From Alphaproteobacteria bacterium UBA3637 (GTDB lineage Bacteria > Pseudomonadota > Alphaproteobacteria > CAAHEQ01 > UBA3637): DNA of 61,148 nucleotides. Made by a program: the position numbers and the translations under genes. How positions within the stretch are numbered: position 1 is the first letter of the stretch; every line of letters begins with the position of its first letter. A model generated the notes under the pieces. It was not told the DNA's origin. It did no database searches and worked only from the letters and a program-made list of their open reading frames with translations. Where the stretch lies: assembly GCA_002373615.1 (NCBI GenBank), contig DFKU01000050.1:1-61148 (forward strand), written 5' to 3'. This document shows, piece by piece, positions 1 through 7,785 of the stretch.

Positions 1-20
1 AAAATTTATTCATTTTTAAA

Positions 21-45
21 GCCCCTTAAAACGGGGCTTTTTTTT
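21..45 (+). terminator. Intrinsic terminator of a gene lying upstream of the window
   Basis: GCCCC(21-25)-loop-GGGGC(33-37) followed by T8. Confidence 0.6.
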
Positions 46-47
46 AC

Positions 48-239
48 TTGACTTTCAATGAAATCTTCACTAGGCTGAAAGGGTATTTTGACAGACGTCA
101 AAATACCGGAACTGAAATTCCAACATTAGAAATCCGTCCTTTGGGCGGATGGTCGCCCAATAAAAAAGAATAAGTGACACTGTTCTAATGCAGTATTTCA
201 GCATCCGTCCACTAAACAAAGTGGAGTTTTTTGTTTTTT
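48..239 (+). promoter_or_regulatory. Promoter plus structured 5' leader (copy A) ending in an intrinsic terminator, upstream of prepilin-like gene 259..1584
   Basis: TTGACT(48-53)-17 nt-TAGGCT(71-76). Hairpins GGTATTTTGAC/GTCAAAATACC and GGAA/TTCC. Long-range pairing GGGCGGATG(143-151)/CATCCGTCC(202-210) encloses CAATA and GAATA. Terminator TCCAC-N8-GTGGA(208-225) plus T-run to 239, then RBS. Confidence 0.5.
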
Positions 240-258
240 AAAAAAGAAAGGATGAAAA

Positions 259-1584
259 ATGAACAAAATTGGTAAATTAGAATCAGGTCGTTCCATGATT
301 GAAATATTGGGGATGTTGGCCGTGATGGGGGTATTAGGGATAACCGGTATTTCAGGATATAATTTAAGCATAAATAAGCACCACGCAAACGAAATTATTA
401 ACTCCGTATCAAAAATGGCAATTTCAGCATCAGGACAATTTATGACTCAAAATACTTTTTCTTTAAATGAATTTAATCATCGAACCGAAAACGGTTATAT
501 TGCATCAGAATTGATTTATGGAAAAGAACCGATTTTTGGTATTCGGATTAAAAATTTACCGAAAGAAATTTGTCAAAAAATTATAGCAACTCATTGGTCA
601 TCCCCCAAGGAAATTGCAATCAACGGAATTGTCATAACAGAAGCATCCAAATGTACAAAAAATGCTACTATTGATTTTATTTTTAGCAAAAATTTGGAAC
701 CAAGTACGTATGAAATAAAACGATGCCAAAATGATAGCCAATGCAGCGGATGTACCTCTTGTCAAAATTATGTTTGTACAGATGGCTGTGCCACAGGAAA
801 ATTGTGCGGAAAAGATATTGAAAATGCTGTTCAAAACACTTGTTGTTCGCAGAGTAATTACCTTGATGGGTTTTGCTGCCGAAAAATTCAAGGAGAATAT
901 TGCTTAAAAAATAATGGCGTTGGATGTCCGGTCGGTTATTTTTGGGGAGAATTAAACGAACAAGAAGGATGCTATTCCTGTGATGAAAATGAATTGATTA
1001 AAATAACATCCCTGTTCCTAAGCAGCTGTCATGTGTGTGATAACAGAGAAGCTATTTTTGGTCAATGTGTTTTACCTGATTACTGTGGCCCCGGACAAAT
1101 TTTACACCGTAATAATCAATGTGATGCCTGTGATTCTAATCAACGTTTAAATATTTCTATGGGGAAAGGCAGAACACGAGCACAATCTGTACGGGATTGC
1201 ATCACAAATTGTGCTGATTACAATCCTAATCGTAAAATTGCCTGCTATCGCACCATTTGGGACGGAACGGGATGCTACTGTTATCCGAATGGTTGTCCAA
1301 CGGGTTCTTCTGATGTGGAAGAAGAAGGTGTCTGCTTATCTTTACCCGGATATTATTACAATTATTACAATGCTGGAAATTTTTCCAAATGTCCCACAAA
1401 TCTTTCTGAAATAGACAATTGGCAATATTGTACAGATGAATGCCATTTAGTGTGGAACACTAACACCAATACCTGCTCTTTTCCAACGGATATCAGTGTA
1501 ATGGACTATCAATGGGGATGCGAAGCAGCCGGAGGTATCTGGTCCGGTGATTCAGATACAAACGGAAAGTGTTTAAGAAAATAA
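259..1584 (+). CDS. Prepilin-type N-terminal domain protein, paralog 1, with a very Cys-rich C-terminal two-thirds
   Basis: N-terminus MNKIGKLESG|RSMIEILGMLAVMGVLGITGISGY: G, then E at +5, then a hydrophobic helix (class III signal). The head domain is alignable to 2345..3526 and 24418..25734 (FGI..., ..ICQ.I...). The remaining ~280 aa are packed with Cys (CxxC, CC, CxC patterns). RBS AAAGGA lies upstream. Confidence 0.75.
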   Translation: MNKIGKLESGRSMIEILGMLAVMGVLGITGISGYNLSINKHHANEIINSVSKMAISASGQFMTQNTFSLNEFNHRTENGYIASELIYGKEPIFGIRIKNLPKEICQKIIATHWSSPKEIAINGIVITEASKCTKNATIDFIFSKNLEPSTYEIKRCQNDSQCSGCTSCQNYVCTDGCATGKLCGKDIENAVQNTCCSQSNYLDGFCCRKIQGEYCLKNNGVGCPVGYFWGELNEQEGCYSCDENELIKITSLFLSSCHVCDNREAIFGQCVLPDYCGPGQILHRNNQCDACDSNQRLNISMGKGRTRAQSVRDCITNCADYNPNRKIACYRTIWDGTGCYCYPNGCPTGSSDVEEEGVCLSLPGYYYNYYNAGNFSKCPTNLSEIDNWQYCTDECHLVWNTNTNTCSFPTDISVMDYQWGCEAAGGIWSGDSDTNGKCLRK

Positions 1585-2172
1585 CTATTCAAATTTTGTC
1601 ATTTGACGTTTCACACGCGCGATTTCTTTAAACAGGTTTTTGGGTGAACGAACAGAGCCGATAAAAGAGACTTGGTTTGGGCGGACCGCTTTATCTTTGA
1701 CCATTTGCATCATAAATTTTAAGACACCATCCCAATAATGATTATAATTCAGAAAAATAACAGGACGGGCCGACCATTCGCCAATTTTAAAGCGCACACC
1801 CATTGTGCCAATTTCATCCAAAGTACCCCAACCGCCGGGGGCCACCAAAACAACCTCCGCACGGGTCACCATGATTTTTTTGCGTTCTTCTAAGGTATCC
1901 ACTAATTTTAATTCGCCTCGTTTAAAAATAGATGGGTCAGCGCATTGTTTTTTTAACAATGGGGGAATCGTCACCCCCAAGACTTTACCGCCGACACTGC
2001 GGGCACCACTGTAGGCCGCCCCCATCATCCCAACATCCCCCACCCCATAAATCAAGGTATAACCTTTTGAGGCAATCAGTTGGCCTGTTTGATACACTTT
2101 TGAATAACAATCAACCGCAATATCGTAATTAGAACTGCCAAAAATCGCCATGGCGGGCGTGTGTTTTTTCAT
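1585..2172 (-). CDS. LOG-family (TIGR00730-type) Rossmann-fold nucleotide-binding protein
   Basis: Motifs GVGDVGMMG and VAPGGWGTLDEIGT (PGGxGTxxE) are typical of lysine-decarboxylase-like/LOG proteins. Confidence 0.75.
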   Translation of the reverse strand: MKKHTPAMAIFGSSNYDIAVDCYSKVYQTGQLIASKGYTLIYGVGDVGMMGAAYSGARSVGGKVLGVTIPPLLKKQCADPSIFKRGELKLVDTLEERKKIMVTRAEVVLVAPGGWGTLDEIGTMGVRFKIGEWSARPVIFLNYNHYWDGVLKFMMQMVKDKAVRPNQVSFIGSVRSPKNLFKEIARVKRQMTKFE

Positions 2173-2183
2173 GTTTCCCCCTT

Positions 2184-2303
2184 TTATTCTTTGACGACAT
2201 AAGTTTCGGGATAGGTAGATCCTGTGGGTCTTTCAGGCTTGGAAATCCGCCCGCATCCCGATAAAATAAAAGCCAATATCATAAGACAAAATATCTGTTT
2301 CAT
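2184..2303 (-). CDS. Small lipoprotein (39 aa), not in the ORF track
   Basis: My translation is MKQIFCLMILAFILSGCGRISKPERPTGSTYPETYVVKE, with lipobox L-S-G-C. It lies immediately upstream of the LOG gene on the same strand. Confidence 0.5.
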   Translation of the reverse strand: MKQIFCLMILAFILSGCGRISKPERPTGSTYPETYVVKE

Positions 2304-2344
2304 GGGGATAGTTTAACGCACCCAAAGGAGCATGTCAAGAAAAA

Positions 2345-3526
2345 TCATTCATCCAGATTTGTTTTGAATTCCCCCGTCCCAGAATTACAGAAAAGTTTTT
2401 TGGTGACGCGATCGAACATACAGGCTTTTCCCTCGCCTTTGGATGATTCGGGCGAAAGAACGGGAATAAGATGCATTCTTTCTTTATTTGTTGACATATC
2501 AATTATTTTTATAGAATAATGTTTTATATATTGCGTTGCACTAGTACTACCTATAACCCAGTCTCCGCTGATTGCATTAAATGTAGGTGTCGCTTTTGTT
2601 ACTCCATCTATATCAAAATGCTCTTTGTATAATTCATAAATATGATGACCAAATATTGTTGATGCTCCCACTGAACCAGCTGATGAACCAAATCTGATAT
2701 AAAAAGTATTTTGTTTGCTTCCAACATCAAAATAAGTGTTCGTTGCTTTTGCAATATAGCAATCACCAGTTGCTTCTGTTCTAATTATCTCACTATCAAA
2801 AATTATTTTATCTGTTTCTAAAGCTGTTAAACCTGTTTCAATTCTATTACCCTTTGCTTCATAGAGTATTTCCAAATACTGAACTCGTTTACAACCATCT
2901 TTACACTTGTGATTTTCTGTATCGCAGACCATACATTCATTTTCGGCGTTGCAATCCGTGTCATCATCACACTCATTGTCTGGTGGTGTGCATTCACTTT
3001 CGCACAAGTGCGTTGTGGAACTACATACCCCACAAACACCACAACTTTCATCACATTCACAATACTGTGTGTCGTTTTTCCCCGTCATATCGTTATTATA
3101 GATAAACAAGAAGCTGTTGTCTTCATCGCAAGAGGTGATGGGCGTGGTTGGGGTAGTTTCCTTACTCAATCGGCGGATGGGGGTGGTGTCTCCAATGGTG
3201 TTTAAAATATTTTGGCAGACGGTTTTTTTAACCCCTGATACCTCTATCCCAAATTGTTTATAAAGCCCCTCTGTTGTCACATCTTCAATAGTTCCGCCAG
3301 AAGTTTGATTTGGGGGATTAAATTCAGCCAGTGAGGGTTCGCGTCCATTAAATCCAATTTGCCCTGCCACAATGACCGCTCGGCGTTGTGCTTCTTGAAT
3401 CAAGGTGTTCGCTCTATTCTTATCCATCGCCACACCATACGCCCAAATTCCCGTAATGGACAGAATACCCATTATCGCCAATGTGCCCAATGTCTCTACT
3501 AAACTCCGTCCTGATTCTGTTTTCAT
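2345..3526 (-). CDS. Prepilin-type N-terminal domain protein, paralog 2, with Cys-rich spacer and a beta-rich C-terminal module
   Basis: MKTESG|RSLVETLGTLAIMGILSITGIWAYG. Conserved head (FGIEVSGVKKTVCQNILNTIGDTTPIRRL...FLFIYNNDM). Cys-rich stretch CECDESCGVCGVC...CKDGC. The ~190-aa C-terminus runs from VQYLE... to ...MFDRVTKKLFCNSGTGEF. Strong RBS AAAGGAGG. Confidence 0.75.
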   Translation of the reverse strand: MKTESGRSLVETLGTLAIMGILSITGIWAYGVAMDKNRANTLIQEAQRRAVIVAGQIGFNGREPSLAEFNPPNQTSGGTIEDVTTEGLYKQFGIEVSGVKKTVCQNILNTIGDTTPIRRLSKETTPTTPITSCDEDNSFLFIYNNDMTGKNDTQYCECDESCGVCGVCSSTTHLCESECTPPDNECDDDTDCNAENECMVCDTENHKCKDGCKRVQYLEILYEAKGNRIETGLTALETDKIIFDSEIIRTEATGDCYIAKATNTYFDVGSKQNTFYIRFGSSAGSVGASTIFGHHIYELYKEHFDIDGVTKATPTFNAISGDWVIGSTSATQYIKHYSIKIIDMSTNKERMHLIPVLSPESSKGEGKACMFDRVTKKLFCNSGTGEFKTNLDE

Positions 3527-3544
3527 TTTTGCCTCCTTTTAAAA

Positions 3545-3779
3545 GTTAAACAAATACTCACTTTGCAGTGAGTGGATGTTAGAAACTATATAGAAAGTAG
3601 ATAGTCTTACCTATTCAGGCAGACGCCTCTATTCGGTAAGCATCCACCCCAAAAGGTAGTGAATGCCCAACCAGGGAATTTGGGTTCCCTTTGTCCTTTC
3701 TATATGGGCTTCTAAACCCACTATCTGAATGGACCATTCAGACAGGGCTATTATAGACTGATTAGTCTTAAAATTTCAA
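3545..3779 (-). promoter_or_regulatory. Promoter plus structured 5' leader (copy B) ending in a terminator, directly upstream of prepilin-like gene 2345..3526
   Basis: On the minus strand: TTGAAA(3779-3774)-18 nt-TATAAT(3755-3750). Hairpins TCTGAATG/CATTCAGA, GGG..GCCC and GGGAA/TTCCC. GGGGTGGATG (plus-strand 3641-3650) pairs with CATCCAC (3572-3578), enclosing CTTACC-GAATAG-AGGC/GCCT-GAATAG-GTAAG. Terminator ACTCAC-N6-GTGAGT (3556-3573). Confidence 0.55.
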
Positions 3780-3868
3780 GTAAAAAATTTACTATTCATA
3801 AAATCTTTACTTTTTTTGAATTTCATGCTATAATACACCTTATTTTATCAGGGAAAAGGAAAATTATT

Positions 3869-5686
3869 ATGAATCAAAATATGCGCAATGTCGCCATTAT
3901 CGCCCACGTGGACCATGGGAAAACAACTTTTGTGGACGCTTTTTTAAAGCAATCCGGCACTTTTCGGGATAACCAACAAGTCGCCACCTGTGCCATGGAT
4001 TCCGGCGATTTGGAACGCGAACGCGGAATCACTATTTTTGCCAAGTGTACCTCGGTTGAATGGCATGGTACACGCATCAACATTGTGGACACCCCGGGAC
4101 ACGCTGACTTTGGAGGTGAGGTGGAACGCATTTTGTCCATGGTGGATGGCGTGATTGTGTTGGTGGATGCGGCGGAAGGGCCCCTGCCCCAAACCAAATT
4201 TGTGGTTGGAAAAGCTTTGAAATTAGGCCTGAAACCCATTGTTGTCATCAATAAAGTGGATCGCGCGGATGCCCGCCCTATGGAAGTCAACAATGAAGTG
4301 TTTGACTTATTTGCCAACTTGGGCGCCACGGATGAACAATTGGACTATCCCATTTTGTTTGCCTCTGGGCGTGAAGGTTGGGCCGTGGAAAATTTAAATG
4401 ACGAGCGCATCAACATTGAACCCCTTTTCCAAAAAATTATTGACCATGTGCCTGCCCCTGTGGTGGATGCCGATGGTCCCTTTAAAATGTTAGTCACCAC
4501 CTTGCACATGGATCCGTTTGTGGGACGCGTGCTGACAGGGCGCATTACTTCAGGCCAGGTCAAAACAAACCAAATGATTAAAGCACTTGACCGCAACGGA
4601 AACGTGGTGGAAACAGCGCGTGTCAGCCGAATTTTGGCGTTCCGCGGGCTCAAGCATCAAGCGATTGAAGAAGGGCTGGCCGGCGATATCGTCAGCATTT
4701 CCGGCTTTCAAAAAGCGACCGTTGCCGATACTTTGTGCGACCAAAGTGTGACTGAGCCCATGCAGGCGCAACCCATTGATCCCCCCACTTTGGCAATGAC
4801 CTTTTCCATCAATACATCACCGCTGGCGGGGCAAGATGGTGACAAAGTGACCTCACGGATGATTTGGGATCGCTTGGAAAAAGAGGCCGAAGGAAATGTG
4901 GCTTTACGGATTTCCCGCACGGATACCACCGATGCCTTTGAAGTGGCAGGGCGTGGCGAATTACAGCTGGGTATTTTGATTGAAACCATGCGCCGAGAAG
5001 GGTATGAGCTGTCCGTTTCCCGTCCGCGTGTGCTGTTCAAAGAAGAAAACGGCCAAAAGTTAGAGCCCATTGAAGAAGTCGTCGTAGATGTGGATGATGC
5101 CTATACCGGTGTGGTCGTGCAAAAGATGAGTGAACGCAAGGCTGAAATGGTGGAAATGACACCCTCCGGTCAAGGAAAGACAAGATTGATTTTCCATGCG
5201 CCGTCGCGGGGGCTCATCGGCTATCACAGCGAATTTTTAACCGATACCTGTGGTACAGGCGTGATGAACCGCATATTCTTGGAATACGCCCCCTATAAAG
5301 GCGATATTCAAACGCGCCACAATGGCGTGCTGATTTCCACTGAAGGCGGGAAGTCTGTGGCCTATGCCCTGTGGTACATTCAAGAACGTGGCCCCTTGTT
5401 TATCGGGGCTGGTGTGGATGTGTATCCAGGAATGATTATTGGCGGTAATGCCAAGATGGGCGATATTGAAGTGAACCCGATTAAAGGGAAAAAACTCACC
5501 AATATGCGTGCGGCAGGAAAAGACGAAGCGGTGGCTTTGGTGCCCCCCACGCAAATGCCTTTGGAAGCAGCACTTTCCTATATTGCGGATGATGAATTGG
5601 TGGAAGTAACCCCAAAGCACATTCGCTTGCGCAAGAAATATTTGGATGCCAATGATCGCCGTAAATTTGAACGCGGAAGATTGTAA
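3869..5686 (+). CDS. typA: Translational GTPase TypA/BipA
   Basis: Full-length 605 aa. AHVDHGKTT, DTPGH and NKVD G-motifs, plus a BipA-type C-terminal domain. Confidence 0.95.
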   Translation: MNQNMRNVAIIAHVDHGKTTFVDAFLKQSGTFRDNQQVATCAMDSGDLERERGITIFAKCTSVEWHGTRINIVDTPGHADFGGEVERILSMVDGVIVLVDAAEGPLPQTKFVVGKALKLGLKPIVVINKVDRADARPMEVNNEVFDLFANLGATDEQLDYPILFASGREGWAVENLNDERINIEPLFQKIIDHVPAPVVDADGPFKMLVTTLHMDPFVGRVLTGRITSGQVKTNQMIKALDRNGNVVETARVSRILAFRGLKHQAIEEGLAGDIVSISGFQKATVADTLCDQSVTEPMQAQPIDPPTLAMTFSINTSPLAGQDGDKVTSRMIWDRLEKEAEGNVALRISRTDTTDAFEVAGRGELQLGILIETMRREGYELSVSRPRVLFKEENGQKLEPIEEVVVDVDDAYTGVVVQKMSERKAEMVEMTPSGQGKTRLIFHAPSRGLIGYHSEFLTDTCGTGVMNRIFLEYAPYKGDIQTRHNGVLISTEGGKSVAYALWYIQERGPLFIGAGVDVYPGMIIGGNAKMGDIEVNPIKGKKLTNMRAAGKDEAVALVPPTQMPLEAALSYIADDELVEVTPKHIRLRKKYLDANDRRKFERGRL

Positions 5687-5705
5687 AAAAAGAAAATAAA
5701 TTTCA

Positions 5706-5736
5706 AATCCCCCTGCACAAATGGGGGATTTTTTTC
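5706..5736 (+). terminator. Intrinsic terminator after typA
   Basis: AATCCCCC-loop-GGGGGATT followed by a T-run. Confidence 0.7.
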
Positions 5737-5778
5737 TTGCTTTTTATGGGATTTTTCCCTACACTGACATAAAATTGA

Positions 5779-7683
5779 ATGAAAGGTTGTACTATGGATG
5801 AAAAAGCAGAATCACAAACTTTTGTTAAGACATTGAAAGAGCTCTATCATTTTTATAAACAAAATTTATTAAAAGAAAATAAGAAAAAGTTTTTTGTCTT
5901 GAATGGCGCAATGGCAGCCAGTTCCATTTTGTGCGGTATTTGTATGCCTTTAACATCCAAATGGTCGATCAATGCCTTAACCACGGCCATTGGGAAAGGA
6001 GCATTAGGAATTACTTTTCCTTTAGCAGCCGCAACTGAACGTGTCATCAGAAGCATAGATGGTTTTATGGATACTTATATTGATACAGCTTGGGATTCCT
6101 TTACTTTTTCAACCGAAAGGCCTTTAGCCCTTAAAAAAACCAGGCAGGCCGCCAACATTCCAGAGGCAGCACAAAAAAAACCATCTGTAGAACTATCACA
6201 AAGTGCCAATCAAAGCGCCACTTATGCAACACGGTTATTAACAAGAACCAGTAATTTGGCTTTTCAAATCCCCTATGCAGTAAGCTCTGCTGTTTTGGCA
6301 ACAGTACTTCACCCTGGTATAGGCGTCACTGCACTTGGCACGTGTATAGCGAATGGTATTTTGACATATAGAAACGCCCAATCAAATAAAAAATCAAATG
6401 AAGAATTTCGTCAAATCAATAAAAAATATGCGGCCAGGCAAGTGGATGTTGTAGAGCATTACCAGCGCGTTAAAAATTTAGGTCGGGAAACACCAGAAAA
6501 CGAAGAATTAACAAGACTCTCACTGGAAGCCCAAGCAGTATTAGATAAACGTAATAAGCGCTTCCGTTTGAACAGAGCTATACAGTTGGGCTTAACCACT
6601 TTATCTAACATTGGTATTGGTATTTGGGCTGGGGCAGAGGCTATTAATTCTGGAGATATCGGTACCGCTATGGCTTTGATGTCCGCTGCATCTGGCATGA
6701 TGTTTTCGGCTGGACGTATTTCAAATATTTGGGGCAACATGAAAGAAACATTGGATTCATGGCGCAACACAGAAAAAGATTTACAATACGATAAATCCCA
6801 TGATTTAACTTATGGCGATATAACTCCATCCAAAGTACAAGGAAAAATTGAAATCAAAAATGTGAGCTACACATATCCTGCAGAGCCTCCAAAACCCGCT
6901 TTAACAGACATCAATTTATCCCTTGGAAATGGGGTAACTGTAATTACAGGTCCAAGCGGTTCAGGAAAATCAACCCTATTGAAATTATTACAACACACAC
7001 GCGAAGGTGACGGAAACATCACATTAGATGGGGTCCCTTTAACACAATTACCTAAAGGATTTTTAGAGCAACAAATAGCCATTGTGAATCAGCGCCCAGA
7101 TTTCTTTTCTCATCGGACATTAAAGGAAAACCTGATGAGCGTTTCTTCTTTAGCAAATACTCATTCTATCAAAAAAGCTTTACATAAAGCAGCCTTGGAT
7201 GGTGAAATTTCATCTGAAGAATATGAAAACAAAAAAATGAATGAACTTTCTGGAGGCCAACAACAACGAGAAAACATCGCAGAATCCTTTTTACAAAATA
7301 AGCCCATTATCATTTACGATGAACCCACCGCTAATTTAGATGAAAACAATAAGCGTCGTATTTGGCATAATTTACAACGAGCAGGTAAAGATAAGACTGT
7401 TATTGTTGTGACACATGATGTGCGTGAAATTGAATCCGCCGACAGAATTATTTATTTAGAAGGTGGGGCTATTATTCAAGATGGGACACCCGAAAATTTA
7501 AAGCAACAAAATGGTCCTGTTTTGGATTTATTTAAGGCCTCTCAAAAGCCTTTAAAGATAAATTCCCAAGTAATTCAATGGGAAGAAAAACAAAAATTAT
7601 TACAAGGACTTAAAAGTCATAAAAAAAGATTGATTCGCAAAAGATTAAATGAAGTTTTAAGTGGACAAAAAGGTAATTCATAA
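5779..7683 (+). CDS. ABC transporter, fused membrane domain plus ATPase (exporter type)
   Basis: Walker A GPSGSGKST, signature LSGGQQQR, Walker B IIIYDEPT. The N-terminal ~340 aa are hydrophobic and divergent. The start may instead be the ATG at 5794. Confidence 0.75.
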   Translation: MKGCTMDEKAESQTFVKTLKELYHFYKQNLLKENKKKFFVLNGAMAASSILCGICMPLTSKWSINALTTAIGKGALGITFPLAAATERVIRSIDGFMDTYIDTAWDSFTFSTERPLALKKTRQAANIPEAAQKKPSVELSQSANQSATYATRLLTRTSNLAFQIPYAVSSAVLATVLHPGIGVTALGTCIANGILTYRNAQSNKKSNEEFRQINKKYAARQVDVVEHYQRVKNLGRETPENEELTRLSLEAQAVLDKRNKRFRLNRAIQLGLTTLSNIGIGIWAGAEAINSGDIGTAMALMSAASGMMFSAGRISNIWGNMKETLDSWRNTEKDLQYDKSHDLTYGDITPSKVQGKIEIKNVSYTYPAEPPKPALTDINLSLGNGVTVITGPSGSGKSTLLKLLQHTREGDGNITLDGVPLTQLPKGFLEQQIAIVNQRPDFFSHRTLKENLMSVSSLANTHSIKKALHKAALDGEISSEEYENKKMNELSGGQQQRENIAESFLQNKPIIIYDEPTANLDENNKRRIWHNLQRAGKDKTVIVVTHDVREIESADRIIYLEGGAIIQDGTPENLKQQNGPVLDLFKASQKPLKINSQVIQWEEKQKLLQGLKSHKKRLIRKRLNEVLSGQKGNS

Positions 7684-7785
7684 GAGCAATTCTGCCCGGA
7701 AAAAATAAAAAATTGATGGACAATCCAAAGTCAAAAGTATATAATAGGTTAAAACGATATAAATCTTTATTTGAAGGGAAATAAA

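Noticed and set aside
3545-3779. The conserved intergenic RNA as a known housekeeping RNA (tmRNA, RNase P, 6S, SRP) or a known riboswitch.
   Set aside because: It has none of the signature sequences I know: tmRNA tag ORF/tRNA-like end, RNase P GGAA/ACAGNRA core, SRP GGAA tetraloop domain, GEMM, TPP, cobalamin, glycine or ykkC cores. It also occurs four times as a 5' leader. It remains unclassified rather than assigned.
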